NCBI GenBank assembly: GCA_041641305.1
Contig: JBEPYN010000002.1
Location: forward strand, 666,537 to 686,536
Source: Nitrososphaerota archaeon
Lineage (GTDB): Archaea; Thermoproteota; Nitrososphaeria_A; Caldarchaeales; Caldarchaeaceae
Length of the DNA: 20,000 bases
Reading direction: 5' to 3'
Part shown: positions 9,469-18,467 of the stretch, one piece after another
Position numbering within the stretch: the first letter of the stretch is position 1
Layout: each line of letters begins with the position of its first letter
Program-made: the position numbers and the translations under genes
Notes under the pieces: model-generated
Told to the model about the DNA's origin: nothing
The model's database searches: none
The model's input: the letters and a program-made list of their open reading frames with translations, nothing else

Positions 9469-9609
9469 TTAAGCTATGCCGAGTAGGCTCGGTGCCCGCA
9501 TCAGAAACATTGCAAGCCCTACAACGGCGACCATCGTCAACAAGAACGCGAGGATGTAGGCTAGGGAGGAGAAGACGTCCCAGAACCTCGTCTTACTCAG
9601 CTTGACCAT
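9469..9609 (-). CDS. small (46 aa) single-TM protein
   Basis: Not in ORF track (below cutoff). MVKLSKTRFWDVFSSLAYILAFLLTMVAVVGLAMFLMRAPSLLGIA*, basic N-terminus then strong hydrophobic helix; ends about 26 nt before the 5S 5' end. Confidence 0.45.
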   Translation of the reverse strand: MVKLSKTRFWDVFSSLAYILAFLLTMVAVVGLAMFLMRAPSLLGIA

Positions 9610-9651
9610 GTGCTTCACTGTTTAATGCGAGGTCAAAAGCCTTTCTTTGGA

Positions 9652-10116
9652 CTATTTCGAGACATCGACAATGTTGTTTCGCAGGTGATGGACGAGGTCG
9701 TTGGCATTAATTTTGATTAAGGAGCTGTCGTCGCCGCCAGATGCATAAACAACTGAGTGGTTGAGGATTGATTTGTCAACATAGGTCCTAATCTGCTTGA
9801 TGTGTCCGAAGGGTGGGACGCTGCCCACCGGATACCCTGTTTCCTCCAACACTTCCTCGGGCTTTGCGAGGTGAACAGGTTCATTCACCATTCGGGTGAA
9901 CTTTTTCAGGTCAATCCTTTTATCGCCGGCTAAAACAACGAGATATGTTCTAGAACCTTTTAGAACGATGCTTTTGGCGATTTGGCTAAGCTCGCATCCG
10001 ACTGCAGTAGCCGCCGACTCGGATGTCCGAGCCTGCTCAGGCCGCAGCACAACAAACTCAACCATCAGCCCATGCTGAGCAACGTATCGCCTCAGCCGCT
10101 CCGACAACTCATCCAA
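9652..10116 (-). CDS. YbaK/ProX-type aminoacyl-tRNA deacylase domain protein
   Basis: 154 aa; ...VLRPEQARTSESAATAVGCELSQIAKSIVLKG..YLVVLAGDKRIDLKKF...TGYPVGSVPPFGH.....YVDKSIL.. matches YbaK-like motif set. Confidence 0.88.
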   Translation of the reverse strand: MDELSERLRRYVAQHGLMVEFVVLRPEQARTSESAATAVGCELSQIAKSIVLKGSRTYLVVLAGDKRIDLKKFTRMVNEPVHLAKPEEVLEETGYPVGSVPPFGHIKQIRTYVDKSILNHSVVYASGGDDSSLIKINANDLVHHLRNNIVDVSK

Positions 10117-10168
10117 TCACTGAACAGGCGGGGAAAAAACTTTGCCGAGCCAATTTCTTTTGAATGTG

Positions 10169-10177
10169 TATATAAAA
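10169..10177 (+). promoter_or_regulatory. archaeal TATA box for the surface protein gene
   Basis: gtgTATATAAAAAGG; centre about 28 nt upstream of the GTG at 10202, consistent with leaderless initiation. Confidence 0.55.
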
Positions 10178-10201
10178 AGGTAACCTGTACTACAAATCTC
10201 A

Positions 10202-12085
10202 GTGGCGGCCCGTGCTAGGTTATTAATGGCATTTAAAAGAGGGCGCGTCATGTTTCCATTGTCGGGTTATAGAAGCTTGTCTACCCTTGCTTGTATCTTG
10301 TTTTTGGCGCTCGGTGTTCTCGCTCCATTTCAGCTTGTATCCCCGGCCTCTGCACACTATGCAGGCCCTTCTCCGTCAACTTTACAAGCATACGGCAGCG
10401 CGGTCCTCGACTTGAGTATAGACGCGGGATACTCGTGTATCAAGTATCCTCAAACCCCTCCGCATGCCTTCATAATATGTGAGATGAACGACCAGCTCTA
10501 TGACTACTATTTCTGGGCTGTTTACGACCCAACCTTCAGCGAAAACGATAACGGAGGCATTTTGTTCGACAACAATCACAACGGTGTTGTAGAACAGTGC
10601 CAGGTGGTTGAAGACGCGTTGTATTATGTAGTTAGAAATAATAACTTGGTGGGGCGAGATGCACATTACTGCTTTCAGTCACCTATGCCTCAGCTTCCTC
10701 CAGCCTTTGCTGACGCAAGTTTAGACGTGATGGGTTTATGTCAGTATGATTCCACCCCTTCGCCTCTACTCCAGCTTCAAGGTCCTGCATACATTTGTGA
10801 GGTGCGGAAACCAATGAACAGCGGCGATATCGAAGACTATGCGCTATCCCCAGGTAGTACGGTTGGCTGGTGCTCTTTCCATTTCGACAACGGAGCAAAC
10901 TCTATGTTTGAGTATCCTGTGGACTGCTACAGCAGGGCCCGTGGCCAGGTTCAGGGAGGAGGAGATGCAGGGAATTATGGACACGTGGTGAAGCTGACAA
11001 ACCAGCAAACAACAACCACAACACAAACCATCTCGACCTCGACAACCCAAAGTCTTCCAACCGACTGTAGTTGCGCAATAGATTTGAGCACAGGCTCGAT
11101 AAATTTCACCGCAAAATCTGCGGGGAGCCAGGAGAATCCGGCTTTTTCACCGTTTGACTGGTGGCTGAGGATGCCTAACGGAACTTTGGTGAAACCATGG
11201 GTTGTCAACAACGCTGGGCCCTGGGCCTCGGCGCCGGCGGGGAGTATGTGGCTTTCGCCCTACATAGACAGCGCCAACTATCCTGCGTCGGACGCGCCAG
11301 CCGACACAAACTTCACCTACAGCATAATTTTCACAGCTCCTTCGCCTGGGGTAATTTACCTTAGAGCGGCGTCAGACGATCCGTCATGGTTCTACTTAGA
11401 CGGCGTCTATCTCGGTGTCAATGTCCTGGGTTATGCACTTTATCCACAGCCTCAGCCATCTTGGTGGGTGATTCCTGTGACACAGTCGGGGATACATAAC
11501 CTGACGGCCGTCGTCTTCAACCAGCCGGGCGGAACTCCAACGGGTTTACTGGTAGATGCGAGATTCTGTGCAAGAGGCGAGGCAGTTTCAACGGTTACAT
11601 CCACTGCGGCAACAACGGTCACAGCCACGACAACCATAGGCACAACATCGACAATAACATCTCCGGTCACAACAACTGTCACATCCACCATCTTGTCCAC
11701 GTCAACTGTCACCACAACCCAGACAACCACTCAGCAAACCGTTTCAACAACAACCACCATATCAACGCTCACAACAATCTCGGCTACAACCGAGACAACT
11801 AAGGTAACAATAACAGCCACCTCGACAATCATAGTCATAGACCCCTTGCTGGAGATAAAGCTGGACATAGCGCTGCCTCTTCTCGGAGCAATACTGGCAC
11901 TACTTACATTAATGTATCTCAAATGCTGCAAGAAGAAGTTGCACGGCGGCAAAGGTCAGGGCTCGCCTAAAGAGGGTGACGATGATTCAAGAGGAAGCAG
12001 AGGAGAAGAAGACAGCGGTCAGAAGTCGAGGAAACATGGCGAAATCGAGGAGCTTGTGATAAAGACTAAATCCACTCCACCGTAA
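10202..12085 (+). CDS. large secreted, membrane-anchored cell-surface protein with Thr/Ser-rich stalk
   Basis: Signal-like STLACILFLALGVLAPFQLVSPASA; Cys-containing ectodomain; beta-rich region (..YLRAASDDPSWFYLDGVYLGV..); about 80-aa Thr-rich linker; C-terminal TM LPLLGAILALLTLMYLKCCKKK and charged tail. Start could instead be ATG 10226 or 10250. Confidence 0.8.
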   Translation: MAARARLLMAFKRGRVMFPLSGYRSLSTLACILFLALGVLAPFQLVSPASAHYAGPSPSTLQAYGSAVLDLSIDAGYSCIKYPQTPPHAFIICEMNDQLYDYYFWAVYDPTFSENDNGGILFDNNHNGVVEQCQVVEDALYYVVRNNNLVGRDAHYCFQSPMPQLPPAFADASLDVMGLCQYDSTPSPLLQLQGPAYICEVRKPMNSGDIEDYALSPGSTVGWCSFHFDNGANSMFEYPVDCYSRARGQVQGGGDAGNYGHVVKLTNQQTTTTTQTISTSTTQSLPTDCSCAIDLSTGSINFTAKSAGSQENPAFSPFDWWLRMPNGTLVKPWVVNNAGPWASAPAGSMWLSPYIDSANYPASDAPADTNFTYSIIFTAPSPGVIYLRAASDDPSWFYLDGVYLGVNVLGYALYPQPQPSWWVIPVTQSGIHNLTAVVFNQPGGTPTGLLVDARFCARGEAVSTVTSTAATTVTATTTIGTTSTITSPVTTTVTSTILSTSTVTTTQTTTQQTVSTTTTISTLTTISATTETTKVTITATSTIIVIDPLLEIKLDIALPLLGAILALLTLMYLKCCKKKLHGGKGQGSPKEGDDDSRGSRGEEDSGQKSRKHGEIEELVIKTKSTPP

Positions 12086-12087
12086 CG

Positions 12088-12095
12088 TTTAAAAG
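12088..12095 (+). promoter_or_regulatory. putative 16S rRNA promoter (TATA-like TTTAAAAG)
   Basis: cgtaacgTTTAAAAGc just after the upstream CDS stop and about 200 nt before mature 16S 5' end. Confidence 0.4.
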
Positions 12096-12243
12096 CTACG
12101 CAAAAGATGTTAATATTGCCCCGGTCGAGAAGGCGGCTCCGACCGGACCGATAAAGGGAGAGACACTCCCACGGGTTGATGGTTCGGCCTCCTACCAGGG
12201 GCATAAAATGAGGACCTGAAAAACTCACCGTTCAGGTCTTAAC

Positions 12244-12290
12244 ACGGGCCAAGCCCCCACAAAACTCCTCCGCAGCCGTACACCCAGGCA
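12244..12290 (+). other. 5' arm of 16S rRNA precursor processing stem
   Basis: acgggccaagccc (12244-12256), tcctccg (12266-12272), agcc (12274-12277) and acccaggca (12282-12290) are exact reverse complements of gggcttggcccgt, cggagga, ggct and tgcctgggt in 15452-15493. Confidence 0.85.
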
Positions 12291-12630
12291 CGACTCCGGT
12301 TGATCCTGCCGGACCTCACTGCTATCGGGGGGAGACTAAGCCATGCAAGTCAAGGCCCATAGCCACCTGTGGGCCTGGCGTACGGCTCAGTAACACGTGG
12401 CCAACCTACCCTGAGGAGGCGGATAACACCGGGAAACTGGTGTATAAACCGCCATAGGTGAGAGGATCTGGAATGACCTCTCGCCGAAAGATGCACACGG
12501 GGACGCCTGTGTGCATGCCTCAGGATGGGGCTGCGGCCCATCAGGTAGTTGGTGGGGTAACGGCCCACCAAGCCTATAACGGGTACGGGCCCTGAGAGGG
12601 GGAGCCCGGAGATGGACTCTGAGACAAGAG

Positions 12631-12674
<44 letters not shown>

Positions 12675-13175
12675 GCTCACGCGTGACGGGGTCACCCCGA
12701 GTGCCACCCTCGTGGTGGCTTTTGCGCAGTGTAAACAGCTGCGCGAATAAGCGGGGGGCAAGACGGGTGTCAGCCGCCGCGGTAATACCCGCTCCGCGAG
12801 TGGTGAGGACTATTACTGGGCTTAAAGCGTCCGTAGCCGGCTCGGCGTGCTCCGCGTTAAATCCAGCAGCCTAACTGCTGGGCCGCGCGGAAGACTGCCG
12901 GGCTTGGGGGTGGGAGAGGGCAGCGGTATTCCCGGGGTAGGGGTAAAATCCACTGATCCCGGGAGGACCACCAGTGGCGAAGGCGGCTGCCCAGAACACG
13001 CCCGACGGTGAGGGACGAAAGCTGGGGGAGCGATCGGGATTAGATACCCCGGTAGTCCCAGCCGTAAACGATGCGGGCTTGGCGTCGGAGCGGCTACGAG
13101 CCGTTCCGGTGCAGAAGGGAAACCATTAAGCCCGCCGCCTGGGGAGTACGGCCGCAAGGCTGAAACTTAAAGGAA

Positions 13176-13546
<371 letters not shown>

Positions 13547-13577
13547 CGTTGCGGCTTAATTGGAGTCAACGCCGGAA

Positions 13578-14187
13578 AGAGGGGTTCCAGCAGCAAGGAT
13601 TATTACCTTAAAATTCGCTACAATTGAAAAGGATGGGCGTGTATGACGAGTGTTTTAGAAACAGGGAGCTGGCTGCCAAAGTATTGCTTCCTTTGATAGA
13701 ATTCGAATTTGGATTAATTGCAGACGATAAACCTACATTAGTTCAATCCAAAGACAATTTGAAACAGATAAGGAAGGTATTCGAAATATGCAAAAGACAT
13801 GGGTGGACAACTTCGAAACATATCTCGTATAAGGGAGGAAATCCATACTTTAGGATAAACATGGCGGGATTTCGTGAGATATACAAGATTGCGGGGCCCT
13901 TTGCAGATGCCAAGAAGGATAGATGGGCTCAGCTGCTCCTTGAGCGTAGTGGAAAAAAGGGCGGCTACAGGGGTGATAAGCTATCAACGGAAGAAAGATT
14001 GATGGCTGTCTTCAAGAGATGCCCCGATGAAAAATGGAAAATTGAAGAATTATGTCTTGAATTGAGGTTACTTCCCGGAACTGTCAGGGCAGCTCTACGC
14101 AACTTGGAAAAGTTGCAAATCATTAGGAAAATCAGATTAGGTAGATCATATCTTTACATGCTTGCTGCTGTTTAACCCCTCCCGGAT
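13578..14187 (+). other. 16S rRNA intron 2 (610 nt), BHB-type, at about E. coli 977/978
   Basis: Well-formed BHB: central CCGG (13572-13575) : CCGG (14182-14185), 3-nt bulges AAA and ATA, inner helix GAGGGGTT (13579-13586) : AACCCCTC (14174-14181), plus CAGCAG (13588-13593) : CTGCTG (14165-14170). Splicing gives GCCGGAA+ACCTTACC. Confidence 0.95.
13624..14175 (+). CDS. intron-2-encoded protein, putative homing endonuclease-like with C-terminal winged-helix-like region
   Basis: 183 aa (TTG 13624 or ATG 13633) filling the intron; GGNPYFRINMAGFREIYKIAGPFADAKKDRWAQLLLERSGKKGGYRG then EERLMAVFKRCPDEKWKIEELCLELRLLPGTVRAALRNLEKLQIIRKIRLGRSYLYML. No clear LAGLIDADG, GIY-YIG or HNH motif by eye. Confidence 0.8.
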   Translation: MKRMGVYDECFRNRELAAKVLLPLIEFEFGLIADDKPTLVQSKDNLKQIRKVFEICKRHGWTTSKHISYKGGNPYFRINMAGFREIYKIAGPFADAKKDRWAQLLLERSGKKGGYRGDKLSTEERLMAVFKRCPDEKWKIEELCLELRLLPGTVRAALRNLEKLQIIRKIRLGRSYLYMLAAV

Positions 14188-14415
14188 ACCTTACCGGGGG
14201 CGACAGCAGGATGATGGCCAGGTTGAAGGCCTTGCCGGACGAGCTGAGAGGAGGTGCATGGCCGTCGCCAGTGCGTGCCGTGAGGTGTCCTGTTAATTCA
14301 GGCAACGGACGAGACCCGTGCCTCCAGTTGCGACCGGGCCGGAAGGCGCCGAGCACTCTGGAGGGACTGCCCCGGAAACGGGGAGGAAGGAGCGGGCTAC
14401 GGCAGGTCAGTATAG

Positions 14416-15114
14416 GAGGGCTGACGGGTCATATCCCTTATCTTTGTATGCAAGTTTATCAATGCCTCAACTAATGCTTCTTCTATGAATACAATGGCCT
14501 ACATCGCTGGGCTTGTAGCAGCCGATGGGAACGTTGCAGCAGATGAACCTTATTTTTACGTGTCAAGTAAAGAAAAATCCGATCTGGAAAACTTTGTTGC
14601 ACCGCTGGTTGAAAGAATTCTAGGTAGGAAGGCGACATTGTTCTATGATAGATGCGCATCGGTGTACAAGTTGAAGGTGTACAGCCGGAATTTATGGACC
14701 AGACTTGTACAAGATTATAAAATACCTCCCGGTGAAAAGGCTTCGATAATAACTCCGCCAACATTTCTGAACGCTGACGATGAGGCAGCTTATATCCGTG
14801 GATGGTTCGATGGAGAAGGGTGGTGCGAAACATTGATTGTACGGAGCTTACATCATGTGTACAAATACCCTAGGATTGGTTTCAAAGTCAAAAGTCTAGC
14901 CATACGCGACTACATCTGGCTGGTGCTCTACAAGTTAGATGTAAAACCCAGCTGCTATTCTAGGGCTGATGGCAGTTTTGGGATTTGGATAAACGGTGTA
15001 ACTCGTTGCCGTGGTTTTAGGGAAAAAATTGGGTTTGGATATCCCAGTAAAAGAAGAGCCTTGGAGAGATTACTTGATGAATGTGTTTATTGACCCGTAC
15101 CAGCCTCCGCTGAA
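14416..15114 (+). other. 16S rRNA intron 3 (699 nt), BHB-type, at about E. coli 1205
   Basis: Central CAGT (14410-14413) : GCTG (15109-15112), bulges ATA and AAG, inner GGAGG (14417-14421) : CCTCC (15104-15108), further ACGGG (14426-14430) : CCCGT (15094-15098). Splicing restores GTCAGTAT+GCCCCGAATCC. Confidence 0.95.
14485..15093 (+). CDS. LAGLIDADG homing endonuclease (two motifs), encoded in 16S intron 3
   Basis: 202 aa with YIAGLVAADGNV and YIRGWFDGEGWC motifs spaced about 100 aa apart, confined within the intron. Confidence 0.95.
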   Translation: MNTMAYIAGLVAADGNVAADEPYFYVSSKEKSDLENFVAPLVERILGRKATLFYDRCASVYKLKVYSRNLWTRLVQDYKIPPGEKASIITPPTFLNADDEAAYIRGWFDGEGWCETLIVRSLHHVYKYPRIGFKVKSLAIRDYIWLVLYKLDVKPSCYSRADGSFGIWINGVTRCRGFREKIGFGYPSKRRALERLLDECVY

Positions 15115-15451
15115 GCCCCGAATCCCCCGGGCCGCACGCGACGTTCAATGGTGGGGACAGTGGGCTGCGACCCCGAAAGGGGAAGCCAATCCCTAAACCC
15201 CACCTCAGTAGGGATCGAGGGTTGCAACTCGCCCTCGTGAACGCGGAATCCCTAGTAACCGCCCGTTAACACCGGGCGGTGAATACGTCCCCGCTCCTTG
15301 CACACACTGCCCGTCGCTGCACCCGAGCTGGAACTGGGCGAGGGCCAGTCGCGTTGGCTGGTTCGAGCCCGGTTCTGGTGAGGGGGCAGAAGTCGTAACA
15401 AGGTGGCCGCACGGGAACGTGTGGCCGGATCACCTCCCTGTACCGTACTCC

Positions 15452-15493
15452 TGCCTGGGTGGCTTCGGAGGATGTGGAAAGGGCTTGGCCCGT
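15452..15493 (+). other. 3' arm of 16S rRNA precursor processing stem
   Basis: tgcctgggt, ggct, cggagga and gggcttggcccgt complement 12244-12290. Confidence 0.85.
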
Positions 15494-15541
15494 TTTGTTT
15501 CTTTTTATGTTGGCTTTTTTGGTTTAGTGTGGGGTGTTTGG

Positions 15542-16579
15542 TTGAGGGCTGCGGTGTTTCATGGTCCCGGCGATCTTCGTGTGATGGATGTTGAGAAACC
15601 TTCTCCCGGAAGAGGCGAGGTGCTGGTTAGAACGTTTGTGACGCTTACGTGTGGAACGGATTTGAAGATGTTTCTCCGCGGCCATCCCTATGCGAGGCCT
15701 CCTGTGATAATGGGGCATGAGTTCGCGGGAGTGGTTGTCGAGGTGGGTGAGGAGGTTGAATGGGTGAACGTGGGTGACGAGGTTGTCGCAGCAAACTCCG
15801 CCCCATGCGGCTACTGCATATACTGCAAGCTCGGCCGCTTCAACCTCTGCGAAAACCTCGGCGAAACAATCATCGGGTTCAGCGTCGACGGCGCATACGC
15901 GGAATACATCAAGCTCCCACGCCGCATAGTCACATTCAACCTCTACAAGCTGCCCAGAGGCCTTGAGCCACGTGTCGCAGCGTTGCTTGAGCCGCTGGCC
16001 TGTGTTGTGAGGGGGCAGAGGCTCATAAACATCGACGTGGGAGATGCTGTGGCGGTTGTGGGCGCCGGCCCCATCGGCTTGCTTCACATGATGCTGGCCA
16101 GGTTGTCGGGTGCGCGGAAGGTGATTGTCCTCGACGTCAACTGGAACAGGCTGCGCTTCGCCTCCGAGCTTGGAGCAGACCTTGTCATCAACAGCGGCGA
16201 AGAAGACGCGAGAAAACGTGTTTTCGATGAGACGGGTGGAATAGGCGCAGACGTCGTGATCGAGGCTGTGGGCTTGCCTGAGACATGGGAGACGGCGTTG
16301 AAGCTTGTCAGGAAAGGCGGCACCGTGCTCTTCTTCGGCGGCCCACCAGCCGGCACAAAGTTGACAGCAGACACGCACATCATCCACTACGGCGAGCTCA
16401 GCCTCCACGGCTCCTTCCACCACACACCCCAAGACGTTGTAAGAGCCCTCAGGCTCCTCGAGTCACGCAGACTACCCTTCGAAAAGCTGGTCACAGGCGA
16501 GGCACGTATCGAGGAGATTCACAGGGTTTTTGAGGAGCTTAGGCAGGGCAGGCACATCAAGGTCGCCATCAAAACCTAA
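15542..16579 (+). CDS. zinc-dependent MDR-family dehydrogenase (alcohol/polyol/threonine dehydrogenase-like)
   Basis: GHEFAGVVVEVGEEV..VGDEVVAANSAPCGYCIYCKLGRFNLCEN (catalytic and structural Zn motifs), GAGPIGLLHMMLARLSGARKVIVLD Rossmann motif. Track start at 15419 lies inside 16S and the processing stem; TTG 15542 (MRAAVFHGPGDLRV) or GTG 15527 preferred. Confidence 0.92.
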   Translation: MRAAVFHGPGDLRVMDVEKPSPGRGEVLVRTFVTLTCGTDLKMFLRGHPYARPPVIMGHEFAGVVVEVGEEVEWVNVGDEVVAANSAPCGYCIYCKLGRFNLCENLGETIIGFSVDGAYAEYIKLPRRIVTFNLYKLPRGLEPRVAALLEPLACVVRGQRLINIDVGDAVAVVGAGPIGLLHMMLARLSGARKVIVLDVNWNRLRFASELGADLVINSGEEDARKRVFDETGGIGADVVIEAVGLPETWETALKLVRKGGTVLFFGGPPAGTKLTADTHIIHYGELSLHGSFHHTPQDVVRALRLLESRRLPFEKLVTGEARIEEIHRVFEELRQGRHIKVAIKT

Positions 16580-17595
16580 CTCTCGATAACAACTTTGAGG
16601 CTTGCCCCGGCGTCACGCGCCTTCTCAAAAGCTTCGACAGCCTCTTCAATCGGGTAGACATGTGTTATAAGGTGTTTTAGTGAGAAAACTTCCTGGGCGA
16701 GCATTTTGAGCACCGTGTTTGTCTCGGTCTCGGTGGTGGAGTAGCTTGTCACTATGTTTTTCTCCTCGATGAAGAGCCTGCTGAAGTCGACCTCTGTTTT
16801 CTCGCCTTTCTCGGGTGCGCCGAAGAGTAGGAGTGTTCCGCCGTTGCGTAGACTGTCGAGGGCTGTTGAGAGTGGTTTGTAGGCGGGTGTTGCGAGGACC
16901 GCTATGTCGACGCCGAGGCCATCGGTCAACTCCCTACATTTCTTCGCAAAGTCTGTGTCGAACGGGTTCACGGCGACGTCCGCACCGTTTTCCAGGGCCT
17001 TGGTTCTCCTGAATACGGAGAGCTCGGAGACAGCGACCACAGGAGCTCCAAAGGCCTTGGCCATGACTATGAAGATGGAGCCCGTCGGCCCCGCTCCAAC
17101 GAGTGAGAGAGTTTTTCCAGCCCTGAAACCCGCTCTCCTCAACGCCCGTAACACACACGCCGCAGGCTCGATGAACACAGCCTCTTCCCACTCCAAGGCA
17201 TCCGGCAACCGGAGCACAGCACCCCTCTCCACGTTGACACGCGGAACTCTGAAAAACTCGGCGAAGCCACATGGCTCTATGCTTGTCTTCAAAAAAAGCG
17301 GACACATGGTTGGAGAGCCTTCTCTGCAGTAGTAGCATTTTCCGCAGGAGACATGATGGTGGACAAAAACTCTGTCACCTTTCTCGAAGCCCTCAGCCCG
17401 CGACTCTGCGACGATGCCTACAACCTCGTGGCCAAGCATCGGCGGCGTCAAGGGCCTTCCAAAAGCCTTCTCAAGATCTGTGCCATCTACACCGCACATC
17501 CGCATCTCGACAAGCAGCTCACCCTCGCCAACCTCTGGTACATCGACGTCAACAACCTCCACACCTCCTCCGGCCCTAACCTTGACAGCCTTCAC
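16576..17595 (-). CDS. zinc-dependent MDR-family dehydrogenase
   Basis: GHEVVGIVAESRAEGFEKGDRVFVHHHVSCGKCYYCREGSPTMC and GAGPTGSIFIVMAKAFGAPVVAVSE. Track start 17610 (TTG); GTG 17595 (VKAVKVRAGGG) looks more natural. Confidence 0.9.
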   Translation of the reverse strand: MKAVKVRAGGGVEVVDVDVPEVGEGELLVEMRMCGVDGTDLEKAFGRPLTPPMLGHEVVGIVAESRAEGFEKGDRVFVHHHVSCGKCYYCREGSPTMCPLFLKTSIEPCGFAEFFRVPRVNVERGAVLRLPDALEWEEAVFIEPAACVLRALRRAGFRAGKTLSLVGAGPTGSIFIVMAKAFGAPVVAVSELSVFRRTKALENGADVAVNPFDTDFAKKCRELTDGLGVDIAVLATPAYKPLSTALDSLRNGGTLLLFGAPEKGEKTEVDFSRLFIEEKNIVTSYSTTETETNTVLKMLAQEVFSLKHLITHVYPIEEAVEAFEKARDAGASLKVVIES

Positions 17596-17627
17596 ACAAA
17601 CCCCCGCCAATCATGTGGCTAAATGTT

Positions 17628-18467
17628 TTACCACCAGCCAATCTTGTCGAGAAGGCCCTTGGCCCTTGCGCGTCCAACTGCCCGTTTGAAAACATAGTAT
17701 CCGAGGGCGGCCCATAGAATGGATGCGAGGTAGGCGGCGGCCATGTTGTGTGCTGTGGGTAGTCCTAGGGCGTTGCGGAGTGTGTTGAGGGCTTGGTTCG
17801 TGGGGAGAATGTAGGACAGCGGCTCGGCGAGGGGGCTTAGGCGCTGCACGGGGAAGATGATGTCGCCCAGCAGGTAGAGGAGGCCGAGGAAATAGTAGGT
17901 CAGGCTCCACTGCAACTTATTGGTCAAAAGGTTAATCGAGGGCAGCATGTAGAAGAGGCCGAATGAGCCTATGTACATCGCCCCGAGAGCCAGCAAAAAC
18001 TCTCCCAAATTCTCCAGCCTAAGCGGCATGCTGTAGCCAATCCCCCAGACGAGTAACGCATAGGCGGCCGCGAAGGAGCTTAGGGTCGAGAAGAGTGATA
18101 TGCCAGCTACTGCGATGAACCTGCCGAGGAAATAGATGCTGAGAGACGAGGTTGTAATGTAGATGCTTTTCATGACGCCGTAGCGTTCTCTATCCTGTGA
18201 GACGATGGTGCCGCCTGTCTCGGCCGCAAAGATGTATGGTGTGAAGAAAGCTGTTCCGACAAAGATGTAGGCTAGGTAGTTTGGGTCGACGGGTTTGCCT
18301 GTGAAGTTCATTCCGACGAGGTACAGTAGCGGGAAGAGAAGCGTTGACGCGAGGGGCCTGATTATCTGGAGGCCTATGAAGATGGTTGGCTCGGTCCAGT
18401 TGCTCTCGACCTCCCAGCCCACCCATGCGGAGGACCACAGGGCCCTGACAAGTTTTCTCACATCCAT
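17628..18467 (-). CDS. ABC-2 type transporter permease
   Basis: Six-TM ABC-2 pattern (..WTEPTIFIGLQIIRPLASTLLFPLLYLVG..GTAFFTPYIFAAETGGTIVSQDRERYGVMKSIYITTSS..). Track start 18527; ATG 18467 (MDVRKLVRALWSSAW) preferred. Confidence 0.85.
   Translation of the reverse strand: MDVRKLVRALWSSAWVGWEVESNWTEPTIFIGLQIIRPLASTLLFPLLYLVGMNFTGKPVDPNYLAYIFVGTAFFTPYIFAAETGGTIVSQDRERYGVMKSIYITTSSLSIYFLGRFIAVAGISLFSTLSSFAAAYALLVWGIGYSMPLRLENLGEFLLALGAMYIGSFGLFYMLPSINLLTNKLQWSLTYYFLGLLYLLGDIIFPVQRLSPLAEPLSYILPTNQALNTLRNALGLPTAHNMAAAYLASILWAALGYYVFKRAVGRARAKGLLDKIGWW

Noticed and set aside
11590-11835. acaaca/accaca-rich tract considered as a DNA repeat or CRISPR-like array
   Set aside because: No fixed repeat/spacer unit; explained by Thr/Ser codons in a protein stalk.
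11452-11952. Val-rich minus-strand ORFs (VVVTVVAAVDVTV...)
   Set aside because: Simply the reverse complement of the Thr-rich stalk (acaaca repeats) of the surface protein.
14483-14833. 116-aa minus-strand ORF in intron 3
   Set aside because: Antisense to the well-supported LAGLIDADG gene.
15419-15541. N-terminal extension of the MDR ORF (MWPDHLPVPYSCLGG...)
   Set aside because: Covers the 16S 3' end and the precursor stem; family homology starts only at RAAVFHGPGDLRV.
15524-16432. 302-aa minus-strand ORF opposite the MDR gene
   Set aside because: Antisense to a clear Zn-dehydrogenase; low-complexity, no domain-like pattern.
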